A DNA stretch of 21,294 nucleotides from Polyangiaceae bacterium. Its GTDB lineage: Bacteria; Myxococcota_A; Polyangia; Polyangiales; Polyangiaceae. The notes below the pieces were generated by a model that was not told where the DNA came from, ran no database searches, and saw only the letters and a program-made list of their open reading frames with translations. The position numbers and the translations under genes are program-made. Position 1 is the stretch's first letter. Each line of letters opens with the position of its first letter. Location of the stretch: contig JBILLK010000052.1 in the NCBI GenBank assembly GCA_044376115.1, positions 1 through 21,294 on the forward strand, in the 5' to 3' direction. This document shows, one piece after another, positions 1-9,529 of this stretch.

Positions 1-2266
1 CAGCGGCCTCATTGAAGCACGATGGCCGCGTCTTCGTCATTCTCGTTGGGACCCCCAACCCTTCCGCTGTTAAACGACAGCGGCCTCATTGAAGCGGGAC
101 AAGGTCGTCATCGACGATCGCGAGTGGCCAGGGCCTTCCGCTGTTAAACGACAGCGGCCTCATTGAAGCTGGGCGGCGGTGCTAACGGTACCGATTGCGC
201 AGTAGTGGTCACCTTCCGCTGTTAAACGACAGCGGCCTCATTGAAGCAACGCTGTTTGGTACGCGCCCAGCGATGCCGTCGCCCTTCCGCTGTTAAACGA
301 CAGCGGCCTCATTGAAGCGGCGGCGTCGTCCAGAAGAAGCTGCTCGGGCTTGATTCGCCCTTCCGCTGTTAAACGACAGCGGCCTCATTGAAGCTCGTCG
401 CATGTAGTCGTGAAGGCCAGACGGCGAAGCGACCTTCCGCTGTTAAACGACAGCGGCCTCATTGAAGCGACAAAGGCGAGTATCGCGGCGTCGACTACGT
501 GCGAACCCTTCCGCTGTTAAACGACAGCGGCCTCATTGAAGCAGCGCGGGCGTATCTGCGGCCACGTTCCAAGTCGCTCCCGCGCCTTCCGCTGTTAAAC
601 GACAGCGGCCTCATTGAAGCTGAGCCACGGCCCTTCGGGGCCTTCACGCTCGCACCCTAGCCTTCCGCTGTTAAACGACAGCGGCCTCATTGAAGCAAGA
701 TCCGTCGAAGGTCACGAACCGCGCCTTCCTTCCCCTTCCGCTGTTAAACGACAGCGGCCTCATTGAAGCACCGGTAGGCTGGCGGCTTAGTGCTTGGACA
801 CGATTCCCCTTCCGCTGTTAAACGACAGCGGCCTCATTGAAGCATCTGGCGAGGGGCTAGCACTGCTCGGAACCAGCGGAGCCTTCCGCTGTTAAACGAC
901 AGCGGCCTCATTGAAGCAACGACGGCGGTCCCGCGGAAGACCTCGGTGGCTGTCCTTCCGCTGTTAAACGACAGCGGCCTCATTGAAGCGTGAGCCTCTG
1001 GGCTGACGGATCGAAAGACGGCGCGCGGCCTTCCGCTGTTAAACGACAGCGGCCTCATTGAAGCCGGCTTCTCCAGCCTCGAGCGGCAGAGGATCGCGGC
1101 CGTCCTTCCGCTGTTAAACGACAGCGGCCTCATTGAAGCCAGCTCGGGCAGCTCGCGTAGTCGCCGTCCGCCAAGCCGCCTTCCGCTGTTAAACGACAGC
1201 GGCCTCATTGAAGCCTCGTCAACATCCGCGCGCAGGTCCAAGGCTCGGGCATGCCTTCCGCTGTTAAACGACAGCGGCCTCATTGAAGCCAGTAGGCCCA
1301 GTCCACGTTGGACAGGGCTCCAGTGCCCTTCCGCTGTTAAACGACAGCGGCCTCATTGAAGCCGACAACCTGCAAGCCTCGGCCAAGGACGTCACCAACC
1401 CTTCCGCTGTTAAACGACAGCGGCCTCATTGAAGCGAGGGTACGGCTCATCGGGCGGCACCGTCGATATGAGCGCGACCTTCCGCTGTTAAACGACAGCG
1501 GCCTCATTGAAGCGTTGGCCTTCTCGAGCGCGTTGCTCGCGTCCAAGATGGCCTTCCGCTGTTAAACGACAGCGGCCTCATTGAAGCCCCGTAGACTTAC
1601 CCAACGAGTGCGAGGTCAACGTCATCACCGCCTTCCGCTGTTAAACGACAGCGGCCTCATTGAAGCGACTTGGTGAACCAGACCAGCCAGCGCCACACAT
1701 ACGAGCCTTCCGCTGTTAAACGACAGCGGCCTCATTGAAGCGCGCGCTCGTAGCTGCTTGGTCCTGCACAACATCGTGACCTTCCGCTGTTAAACGACAG
1801 CGGCCTCATTGAAGCGATCGTGGCGTCAGCCACGCGCTCGTCGCCCAAGAACTGGGAACCTTCCGCTGTTAAACGACAGCGGCCTCATTGAAGCACGCGC
1901 CAGTGCCTTCTCCCAAGCTGGCACGAGTTCGTGACCTTCCGCTGTTAAACGACAGCGGCCTCATTGAAGCAACCATTCGGCGGTACGTCTCGACCGCACC
2001 GTCCCAGGTCCTTCCGCTGTTAAACGACAGCGGCCTCATTGAAGCGCGCCTAATGTGCAGACCGTCATCATGATCAGTGCGCGGCCTTCCGCTGTTAAAC
2101 GACAGTGGCCTCATTGGAGCGGGATGGTTTTGGTGAAGAAGTCGCCGATGTCATCGATCCTTCCGCTGTTGAACGACAGCGGCCTGATCGAAGCGGCTTC
2201 AAGATCATCTGCGGTGTGATTGTGATGATTCACCTTCCGTTGCCTATGCAACGGCCCAATTGTTGC
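1..2266 (+). CRISPR. CRISPR array (trailer end), repeat CCTTCCGCTGTTAAACGACAGCGGCCTCATTGAAGC (36 bp); type I-G (I-U)-like repeat
   Basis: Partial repeat at 1-18, 27 identical full repeats from 60-95 to 2010-2045, then degenerate copies at 2085-2120, 2159-2194 and 2233-2266. There are 30 spacers of 35-43 bp. The repeat has a 7-bp stem CCGCTGT/ACAGCGG. The 3' ATTGAAGC handle and right-end degeneration imply + strand transcription, with the leader left of the window. Subtype is inferred from the repeat only. Confidence 0.98.
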
Positions 2267-2415
2267 TCGCAGTGGCGGGCGTCACACCTAGTGCTCGTCC
2301 GCTCTTCCTTACTAACCGTGCGCTGCTGGTCAGGCTTGATGAACTTTGACCGGCCTCGGTCACGCAAAGCTCGCACGCTCCCTCTCGGGCCGCTTTCGGT
2401 CATTGGGAGGTTGAA

Positions 2416-3270
2416 GTGAACTTGCTGGGTCGGTTGGAGCAGGACCTGACAATGGCAGGCTATGTGCCGAAGACGCGGTTGATTTACGTGAATTCGATCA
2501 GAGACTTCGCGGCGTTCGCTGGGCGTTCGCCGGTGGAGCTAGGCGCAGAGGACGTGCGCATGTGGGTGGATGAGCTCACGACGCGTCGGGTGCGCGGTCC
2601 GCAGCGTTTGCGGCAACATTTCTCCGCGTTGAAGTTCCTCTACACGAAGACGTTATGGCGTCCGGAGGCGGTTTCTTTTCTGGCATGGCCGAGCGACCAC
2701 CCGCGGTTGCCAACGGTGTTATCGCGGCAGGAGATTCAGCGGCTGCTTGAAGCTTTTGAACAGCCCAAACATCAAGCGTTGTTCGCGACGCTCTACGCGA
2801 CAGGTTTGCGATTGCGTGAGGCGTGCGAGCTGCGCTGGCTCGACCTCGATCCGGCCCGCAAGGTGATCTTCGTCCGGCGCGGCAAGGGCAATAGAGAGCG
2901 TCTGGTTATGCTCAGTAAGCTTCTACTATCCATACTGCGTAGCCATCAAAGGTTGGAGCCCTGGCGTACGCCTTGGGTGTTCACCTCTAACAACGGCGCT
3001 GGCAGCTTGAACCCGGACGTGGCCCGCAGGGCGCTCGTCCGTGCCAGCAGGGCAAGTGGCGTTGCCAAGCATGTAACGCCCCACGTGCTGCGCCATAGTT
3101 TTGCTACCCATTTGTTGGAGGGCGGGACAAACTTACGGACGATTCAGGTTTTACTGGGTCACCAAACCATCGCCACAACGGCACGCTACGCCCAAGTATC
3201 CTCTGAGTTGATTCGGGCCACGCGCAGCCCGATTGAGCGTTTGCGAGCGTTCCAAGTTCGCTGCGTTTGA
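2416..3270 (+). CDS. Tyrosine recombinase/site-specific integrase with N-terminal SAM-like domain
   Basis: 284 aa with a complete catalytic set: TGLR (R), GKG (K), HVLRH (HxxR), LLGH (H), TARY (Y). GGGAGG RBS precedes the GTG start. It lacks the IntI-specific insertion. Confidence 0.95.
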   Translation: MNLLGRLEQDLTMAGYVPKTRLIYVNSIRDFAAFAGRSPVELGAEDVRMWVDELTTRRVRGPQRLRQHFSALKFLYTKTLWRPEAVSFLAWPSDHPRLPTVLSRQEIQRLLEAFEQPKHQALFATLYATGLRLREACELRWLDLDPARKVIFVRRGKGNRERLVMLSKLLLSILRSHQRLEPWRTPWVFTSNNGAGSLNPDVARRALVRASRASGVAKHVTPHVLRHSFATHLLEGGTNLRTIQVLLGHQTIATTARYAQVSSELIRATRSPIERLRAFQVRCV

Positions 3271-3290
3271 GGAGCTCAGTAGTCAGTCTT

Positions 3291-3950
3291 TTACGTCATA
3301 GTCGGTGCCGGCAGCACCACATCAACCACCCTATAAACGTGCGTCCCGACGACCTGCGGCCAAGGTTGATCTGGCCCCGAGTCATTCCGTCGTGCTCGCT
3401 CACTGGCGGTTCTGACACGCTCTAACGTGTAGCGTTCGGGGGGCAGTCCGCTCTTCGAGTACTGACCGAGGACCTCGCGCAGCAGCTTGGTGCACTCCTG
3501 GCTCGCGGATGGCCGCTCGCGTTGGGTGACCACCTGCGACACGTCTTCGGTCTCGTGGAAGAGCAACCACAGCTCGAAGCAGGGGTTACTACCGGCGAGC
3601 GAGTAACCTTTTCCTTTCGCCAAAGAGCAGGCCGATGCGAGCTCGGCATCCCGGTGGTGATCGACGTCAAAAACGACCCAATATTCGTCGGTGTCGAGCG
3701 CGGTATTGATGTCCTTGCGATGCGCGTCCAGGCTGGCGATCAAGTCGGCGGGGGCGCTGCGCCCATCAGCCGACGGGCACACCACGAGCCGCACGCGCGT
3801 CCGATCGATCAGCCCGTTGTCCTGCAGGATACGGAAGTAGCTAGCGCCGCCGCCGAGCGAGTCCTCCGTGGCAATGACCACAAGTCGAGCGTCGCGCTTC
3901 ACACCGGCAGAGCGGTCGAGCAGCGAGGTGCGGCGAAACTTAGGAGCCAT
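3291..3950 (-). CDS. rloB: RloB-family (Toprim-like) protein
   Basis: Motifs IATED, WVVFDVD and SNPCFELWLLFH are typical of RloB. The start overlaps the stop of the upstream ATPase. Confidence 0.9.
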   Translation of the reverse strand: MAPKFRRTSLLDRSAGVKRDARLVVIATEDSLGGGASYFRILQDNGLIDRTRVRLVVCPSADGRSAPADLIASLDAHRKDINTALDTDEYWVVFDVDHHRDAELASACSLAKGKGYSLAGSNPCFELWLLFHETEDVSQVVTQRERPSASQECTKLLREVLGQYSKSGLPPERYTLERVRTASERARRNDSGPDQPWPQVVGTHVYRVVDVVLPAPTMT

Positions 3951-5226
3951 GACGTCGCGTCGTCGAGATCAGCCGCAGCGCCGGCTGTGGTAGCGCGCCG
4001 AAGCGACCTTCAAGGTACCCGTCGTCGATGCGGCCCTTCAGCTGCTCGAGCTGCTCGGGCTTGAACTCGGCCAGCGAATAGAGCCTTGAGGAGCCGTCCA
4101 CCTGCTTCTCCATGAACCACGTCGAGTCCGCGCCAAACGGTGCCCGCTCGAGCAGGTTGGTGTCATGGGTGGTGAAGATGAGTTGGCTCTTCACGCCTTG
4201 TGCGCCGAGATCGACGAAGCGCTGAAGCAGGCGGCGGACCAGCACGGGGTGCATGCTGCGCTCAAGCTCATCGATGATGAACGCCTTCCGGCTTGATCGC
4301 GCTAGCTCAGCGAGCTCTGCGAGCCGCCGCGTCCCATCCGACTCGAGGTTCCACGCGAACTGGACCGGCTCACCGAGGACGTTCCGTCGTTGGGCCATGA
4401 GCACGCGGACGTCAAAGCGCTTGTTGTCCTTGCGGGTCGCATGCATTTGGTTGAGTCGGTCAAAGATGCCCTCGTCAGGGAAGTCGTCAGTGTCGTCGAC
4501 CACCTCGTTGGCGAGGACCTCGAGGCCGGTGATCCCCGTACCCGCATCGCGCAGCAGGTCAGTGAGAAGCTGCTGCTCTACGGGCCCTGCCTCGACGAAC
4601 TTGAGCGGGTCGACGAGTCGTCCGCCGGCATTAACTGGCTTCAGCGTTCGAAGCAGTTCGACTACTTCGTTCAATTCAGCCACGTTCCTCTCGCGGGCCT
4701 CAGCGAGAAAGATCTGCTCGGGCCGAGTGCCCTGCGCGACGAAGCGAAGGAACTCGGTTCGTGATGGATCCAGCGATAGGCCACTAGTGTCAGTGGGCTC
4801 CAATCCCTGCCGCTCGAACAGCGCGCGCTCCTTTCCGTCTTCAATCACGTAAAGCCATTCGGCCTCGACCGTAGAGCCGATCTCCAGGCCGTACTCGTAG
4901 CGACGCTGCTCCGTTCCAACCACCAACTCGAAGTGGCTCGGCTTTTGAGCCAACGCGGGATCCAACGCAAACCACTCGCTGAACGGCTCACTGTCCGGCT
5001 TGCGACCACGCAGACACGTCCGCAGCAGCCAGCCCAGCGCAAGCACGAGGTTGGACTTGCCCGAGGCGTTTGCACCGTACAAGGCCGCGCAGCGAAGGAC
5101 CTTGAGCCCGCCCGGACCATCGATCACCTGGCCGGGCTCATGTTTGATCGCGTCGCTCGCGACAAGGCTCAGCGTCACGTTCTCGCGGAACGAGCGGAAG
5201 TTCCCAACGGTGAACTGAATGAGCAT
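3940..5226 (-). CDS. AAA_21/ABC-type ATPase (RloA/AbiLi-like), partner of RloB
   Basis: N-terminus MLIQFTVGNFRSF, Walker A GANASGKSN, signature ESDGTRR, Walker B IIDELERSMHP, H-loop TTHD, C-terminal YLEGRFGA. Confidence 0.92.
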   Translation of the reverse strand: MLIQFTVGNFRSFRENVTLSLVASDAIKHEPGQVIDGPGGLKVLRCAALYGANASGKSNLVLALGWLLRTCLRGRKPDSEPFSEWFALDPALAQKPSHFELVVGTEQRRYEYGLEIGSTVEAEWLYVIEDGKERALFERQGLEPTDTSGLSLDPSRTEFLRFVAQGTRPEQIFLAEARERNVAELNEVVELLRTLKPVNAGGRLVDPLKFVEAGPVEQQLLTDLLRDAGTGITGLEVLANEVVDDTDDFPDEGIFDRLNQMHATRKDNKRFDVRVLMAQRRNVLGEPVQFAWNLESDGTRRLAELAELARSSRKAFIIDELERSMHPVLVRRLLQRFVDLGAQGVKSQLIFTTHDTNLLERAPFGADSTWFMEKQVDGSSRLYSLAEFKPEQLEQLKGRIDDGYLEGRFGALPQPALRLISTTRRHGS

Positions 5227-5356
5227 CGCTGGGTGACTCTACCATGCGCGCGCCCCAAACCAGCCCACCTCGACCTATGACCGAGACCCGCTCACTCGCC
5301 CTTCCAGTCGAGCGCGGCGCCAGTCGCAGCGTCGACCGACAGCGCCGAGCGTCCGA

Positions 5357-5719
5357 GCGAAGTAACCCCGGCAAGCTGCGGTAGCCCCCGCCACTTCCTT
5401 CGCATCCCGGACGGCACGGGCCGCCCAATGCGAACTAACCCCGGTGATCTGCGCTAGCCCCCCCGACTTACTTCGCATCTCGAGCGGTCTTCGGCCCACC
5501 GGACCCAGCCCCGCGCCAGCCCGGGCCCACGCATCGCGTCCACTATGCGGCTTTTCTGCGGAATAAACGCCTATCGATCAGAGCGGCTAACACGCGAGTG
5601 CCCGAAGCACGGGCCCAATAGCGAACTAACGCCGGGGAGCTAGCGCAGCTCCCATGACTTACTTCGCATTGAGCGACGTAACCCCGCGGGGCTAGCGCAG
5701 CTCCGCCGACTTACTTCGC
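5357..5719. repeat. Palindromic repeat cluster A: four 47-bp units plus a central conserved motif
   Basis: Units GCGA(A/C)(G/C)TAAC...ACTT(A/C)CTTCGC at 5357-5403, 5430-5476, 5621-5667 and 5673-5719. Motif ATGCGGCTTTTCTGCGGAATAAACGCCT at 5545-5572. Homologous to 14065-14928. Confidence 0.9.
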
Positions 5720-5743
5720 ATTGGGCCGTTCAACGCAGTAGCC

Positions 5744-5782
5744 CTATTGCCCTCGCGCGTGCACGCTGCGCGGCGGCTTCAT
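5744..5782 (-). pseudogene. abiEii: abiEii remnant (MKPPRSVHARGQ*)
   Basis: The start overlaps the abiEi stop exactly as in the intact copy, and the first five residues MKPPR match 14957-15862. The downstream flank GCATTGGGCCGTTC is shared with ~14927-14940, but almost all of the ~900-bp gene body is absent. Confidence 0.75.
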
Positions 5783-6363
5783 TTACCGATTCCTCCGAAC
5801 GGCTTGAGCGCGCGCTCGACCTCTGCGAGTTCGCTCCGCGCGACGAGTCCGCGACGTAGCGCCTGGCGCGAGGCTTGTCTGAGTAGCTCGGGGGTGAGGC
5901 CGGCGATTGCGCAGTCGGTCAGGGTGCGGCGTGGCGTGGTGACCGGTACTGCGCCGAACCATGCGCGGTCCGCAGCGGCTACGTCGGCGTGGTGCAGCAC
6001 GACATCGGCCGGCAGGCGGAAGCGACGACGGTGCCAGGCGCTCGGCACGGAGAGATGGACCTGGGCGGGCAGCACGTCCGTCAGCCCGTGCAGGGCGAGC
6101 GCGGTCTGATGGGACAGCACGCCCGAACGCTCCGACCAGAGCCAGGCGAGGACCAGCTCCTCATGCTCGCCCGCGGGAAAGTCGACCAGCCGATAGATCC
6201 CACGACGCACGCGTATGGTCTTGCCGGCGTGCGTGTGGTGGACGAGGAGCTGCGGCGAGTAGCCCGCTTCGGCAGCCTGCTTCGTGGTGAACATCCCCTG
6301 CTGGCCGGCCGCCGTCTCGTACAGGTGGTCCCAGTCAGGAGGCCTTGCTGCGGCTTGGACCAT
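5779..6363 (-). CDS. abiEi: AbiEi-family type IV antitoxin/transcriptional regulator, copy 1 (orphan)
   Basis: N-terminal wHTH (AAGQQGMFTTKQAAEAG...RVRRGIYRL), VLSHQTALALHGL and VTTPRRTLTD motifs. It differs from copy 2 at 12 of 194 aa by manual comparison. Confidence 0.9.
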   Translation of the reverse strand: MVQAAARPPDWDHLYETAAGQQGMFTTKQAAEAGYSPQLLVHHTHAGKTIRVRRGIYRLVDFPAGEHEELVLAWLWSERSGVLSHQTALALHGLTDVLPAQVHLSVPSAWHRRRFRLPADVVLHHADVAAADRAWFGAVPVTTPRRTLTDCAIAGLTPELLRQASRQALRRGLVARSELAEVERALKPFGGIGK

Positions 6364-6398
6364 GCACAGAACGTAAGCCAGACTTTAGTTTTGTGCAA
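6363..6398 (-). promoter_or_regulatory. Leaderless sigma70-like promoter with overlapping inverted-repeat operator (abiEi copy 1)
   Basis: Minus strand reads TTGCAC-17 bp-TACGTT-6 bp-ATG. Inverted repeat TGCACAGAACGTAAG-N5-CTTTAGTTTTGTGCA (12/15 match) at 6363-6397. Confidence 0.75.
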
Positions 6399-6496
6399 AC
6401 ACGAACCCGACGAGTACCCCTCGCCCCCCGTGTATCCTGCCCCCACTTCGCCAGCCCGTGCGTCCCAGCACCAGCACCAAAGAAAGGGGAATCTGC

Positions 6497-9400
6497 GTGA
6501 CCGTTTCTGAGTGGCCGGCTACCCGGCTGCATCCGGCTCAACGGCGCTATCTCGCTGAGGACTTGGTGCGGCGGCGACGTTCGGATGAGGAGCGGCGCTA
6601 CTCGGCGCCGCAGCGGGCGGCGAAGATCGATGCGAATCCGCATCAGGTGGCGGCGGTGATTTTTGCGCTGGCGCGGCTGCGGGAGGGCGGCTGCATTCTG
6701 GCGGATGAGGTTGGGCTGGGGAAGACGATCGAGACGGGATTGGTGATCGCGCAGCTGTTCGCGGAGTCGGCGCGGCGTGTGCTTTTGGTGGCGCCGAAGC
6801 CTTTGCTTGGGCAGTGGCGGCAGGAGCTCTTCCAGCTGTTTGATATCGCCGCGCGCGAGGGGCAGCCGCGCATCGGTGGCTTCGACGGCGAGGGGGTGTT
6901 TCTGATCGGGCGCGAGGCGGCGGGGAGCGAGAAGGGACGCAATGCGCTGCTTGCTTCCCAGCCGTTCGACCTGTGCGTGGTCGACGAGGCGCACGAGGTC
7001 TTTGCGGGCATCTACAAGCGCTTCGACAAGCTGGGCCAGTACGATGATGAAGCGCCTCATGCGCGGACCGCGGGCCGTTTGAGGGAGGTGTTGCTCGCTA
7101 CGCGGACGCCGGTGCTGCTGCTTACGGCCACGCCGATGCAGAACAACCTGGCTGAGCTCTGGGGGCTGATCCAGTTTGTGGATCCACTCGGCACGCTGGT
7201 CGGCGATCTGCCGACGTTCCGCGACGTGTTCTGCGGCGTCGACGATCGCCAGCTCGCGCGGGGACAAGAGGATGAGCTGCGTAGTCGGCTGCGCGTGGTC
7301 GTGCAGCGTACGCTGCGGCGGCAGGCGCAAGACTTCCTCGAGAAGCCGTTCGTCAACCGCCAGGCGAAGCTATTCGAGTACGCGATGGGTCCGGTGGAGA
7401 AGGGCCTCTACGACGACGTCACGCGTTATCTGCTGGAGCCGGGCATCGTCGCGTTCGAGGGCAGCCATCGTCAGCTGCTGCTGCTCGGCTTTCACCGTCG
7501 CATGGCGTCATCGACTCGAGCGCTCGCGGCGAGCCTCGCGGGCGTCGCCAAACGGCTGCGTCGCAAGCTGGGTCGCGATGAGACCGTCGAGACAGAGCGT
7601 GAGGACGCGCGGCATCTGCTCGACGATCTCGAGGAGGAAGACGCAGAGTGGGGCGCAGCGGCGGAGGCGCTCGAGCCGAGTGACTCGGACAACAAGCGCC
7701 CCGGGCACACGCCGGAGGCCATCCGCCTAGAGCTTGCCCGTGTGGAAGGCTTCGTAAGGCGAGCGGAGGCTCTTGGTGCCGACGACAGCAAGTTCCGCGC
7801 GCTCTTGCAGGCCTTCAACTTCGTCAGTGAGCGCGCACAGAACGGGCTCGGCGCAGGCAAGCTGGTGATCTTCACAGAGTCCTTGGTCACCCAAGAGTAC
7901 GTGCGCGATCGGCTGATCGAGAGTCGCTTCCTCGCCGAGGCTGACATCACCCTGTTTCGCGGGACGAACGACTCGGCGCGGGTGCAACTGGCGCTCGAGC
8001 GCTGGCAAGCGGAGGTGCCACAAAACGAGGGCAGGCCCACGAGCCGCGACATCATCGCGAGGCTCGCGCTGGTGCACGAGTTCAAGACTCGCTCCAAGGT
8101 CTTCATCTCCACCGAGGCCGGCGCGAAGGGGCTCAATCTTCAGTTCTGCGACACCGTGGTCAACTACGACCTGCCGTGGAACCCGCAACGCATCGAGCAG
8201 CGCATCGGTCGTTGTCATCGTTACGGGCAACAGAACGACGTCACGGTGATCAACTTTCTCGCGAAGGACAACGAGGCACAGCGGCTCACCTTCGAGATCC
8301 TAAGTCAGAAGCTGGCGCTGTTCGGAGCAGTGCTCGATGCCTCCGACCAGGTGTTGGATCGGGCGGACGGTTTGGATGGTGCAACGCTGGTCGGTGCGCT
8401 GGGCGCCGGCTTCGAGTCCGAGCTGCGTCGCATCTACGACCGAGCCCGCACGCTCGACGAGGTGACCGCGGAGCTGCGCGCGTTGCGCGATAGGGTCGCC
8501 GAGGAGCGCGCCCGCTTCCAAGAGACACACAACCGGACAGCGAGCCTGATCGAGGACCGCTTCGACGAGGGCGTGAAGCGGGTTTTCCGCAACCATCAGC
8601 TGGCGGTTCCGGCCGCGCTGGCGGAGCTCGATCGCGACTTAGCCTCCGTCGTACTTACCTATCTAGACTCGGCGCTAATCCCCTATCAGCGGGTCAGTCA
8701 GGAAGGCGTTGAGCTGCTCTGTGTGGCGCCCTCCCCCGCGCTGCCGGAGGAGCTTCGCGCGGGCATCACGGCAGCGATTGGTCCGTCGAAGGAGCACACC
8801 TCGCTTCACTCGAATCACCCGCTGGTGGTTGCGGCGGTGAGCGCGGCGCGCGCGCCGTGGCCGCACAGCTCGGTCATCGTGAGCCCCTCCGCCGACGCTT
8901 CGGCGGAGCTGCGTGCGCTCTCAGGCAAGCGCGGTCGCTTGCGGCTGATGAAGGTCTCGTTCAACGGCTTCGAGCAGGTGGAATTGTTGGTACCGATCGT
9001 CGTGCTCGAAGGCGGCGAGCTGCTTGCGCCGGAGGTTGGTGAGGCGCTGCTGCGCAGCCCGCTGCTCGAGTCGAATGCCGTTGACCTCCCGCAGGTGAGC
9101 CTTTCGGAGGTGAGCCTTTCGGAGGTGAGCAATGCGGAGCTCGACGACGCCAGCGATGAGACGCTCTTCTCGCTGCAGTCCTCGGTGGATGCCGCCGAGA
9201 ACGCGCGCTTCGAGCAGGCGCAGGCTCAGGCGGAGCGCTACGTGGAGGATCGACTGCTCGTCTTGCGGCGGCGCCAGAGCGTGCTCGCCCATCAATTCGA
9301 AGCGGCGCAGCTGCGGCGCGATGGCGCCACCGGCTCCGACGCGCGGACCGAGGCGGAGCGCGCGGTGCTCTCCGCGCAGGTGGCGAAGGAGGAGCTCGAG

Positions 9401-9529
9401 GCAGCGATCGCGCGCCTCGAGTCGCGCGACGACCCAACCTTTCGCTTGTTCACCGAGCACATCCACCACCGCAGGTATGCGCCACCGCAGGTGAGTCGTG
9501 TGTTTGACCTCAACCTGGTGATCGAATGA
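6497..9529 (+). CDS. SNF2-family helicase/ATPase with C-terminal coiled-coil region
   Basis: Motifs ILADEVGLGKT (I), VVDEAH (II), LLTATPMQN (III) and STEAGAKGLNLQ...YDLPWNPQRIEQRIGRCHRYGQ (V/VI). Start moved from 6458 to GTG 6497, which follows an AAAGGGGA RBS. Confidence 0.93.
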   Translation: MTVSEWPATRLHPAQRRYLAEDLVRRRRSDEERRYSAPQRAAKIDANPHQVAAVIFALARLREGGCILADEVGLGKTIETGLVIAQLFAESARRVLLVAPKPLLGQWRQELFQLFDIAAREGQPRIGGFDGEGVFLIGREAAGSEKGRNALLASQPFDLCVVDEAHEVFAGIYKRFDKLGQYDDEAPHARTAGRLREVLLATRTPVLLLTATPMQNNLAELWGLIQFVDPLGTLVGDLPTFRDVFCGVDDRQLARGQEDELRSRLRVVVQRTLRRQAQDFLEKPFVNRQAKLFEYAMGPVEKGLYDDVTRYLLEPGIVAFEGSHRQLLLLGFHRRMASSTRALAASLAGVAKRLRRKLGRDETVETEREDARHLLDDLEEEDAEWGAAAEALEPSDSDNKRPGHTPEAIRLELARVEGFVRRAEALGADDSKFRALLQAFNFVSERAQNGLGAGKLVIFTESLVTQEYVRDRLIESRFLAEADITLFRGTNDSARVQLALERWQAEVPQNEGRPTSRDIIARLALVHEFKTRSKVFISTEAGAKGLNLQFCDTVVNYDLPWNPQRIEQRIGRCHRYGQQNDVTVINFLAKDNEAQRLTFEILSQKLALFGAVLDASDQVLDRADGLDGATLVGALGAGFESELRRIYDRARTLDEVTAELRALRDRVAEERARFQETHNRTASLIEDRFDEGVKRVFRNHQLAVPAALAELDRDLASVVLTYLDSALIPYQRVSQEGVELLCVAPSPALPEELRAGITAAIGPSKEHTSLHSNHPLVVAAVSAARAPWPHSSVIVSPSADASAELRALSGKRGRLRLMKVSFNGFEQVELLVPIVVLEGGELLAPEVGEALLRSPLLESNAVDLPQVSLSEVSLSEVSNAELDDASDETLFSLQSSVDAAENARFEQAQAQAERYVEDRLLVLRRRQSVLAHQFEAAQLRRDGATGSDARTEAERAVLSAQVAKEELEAAIARLESRDDPTFRLFTEHIHHRRYAPPQVSRVFDLNLVIE
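9093..9130 (+). repeat. In-frame 15-bp tandem repeat (AGGTGAGCCTTTCGG x2.5) encoding VSLSE-VSLSE-VS
   Basis: Read directly from the sequence. Confidence 0.8.

Noticed and set aside
621..660. Hairpin GGCCC-TTCG-GGGCC inside a spacer
   Set aside because: Most simply a captured piece of a foreign terminator-like sequence; nothing supports a function here.
19..2232. Self-targeting spacers or a strand bias indicating RNA targeting
   Set aside because: No match to the window was noticed by eye (not exhaustive), and the spacers examined read plausibly as coding on either strand.
834..2419. ORFs with repeating ASMRPLSFNSGR or LPLLNDSGLIEA peptides
   Set aside because: They are translations of CRISPR repeats, not genes.
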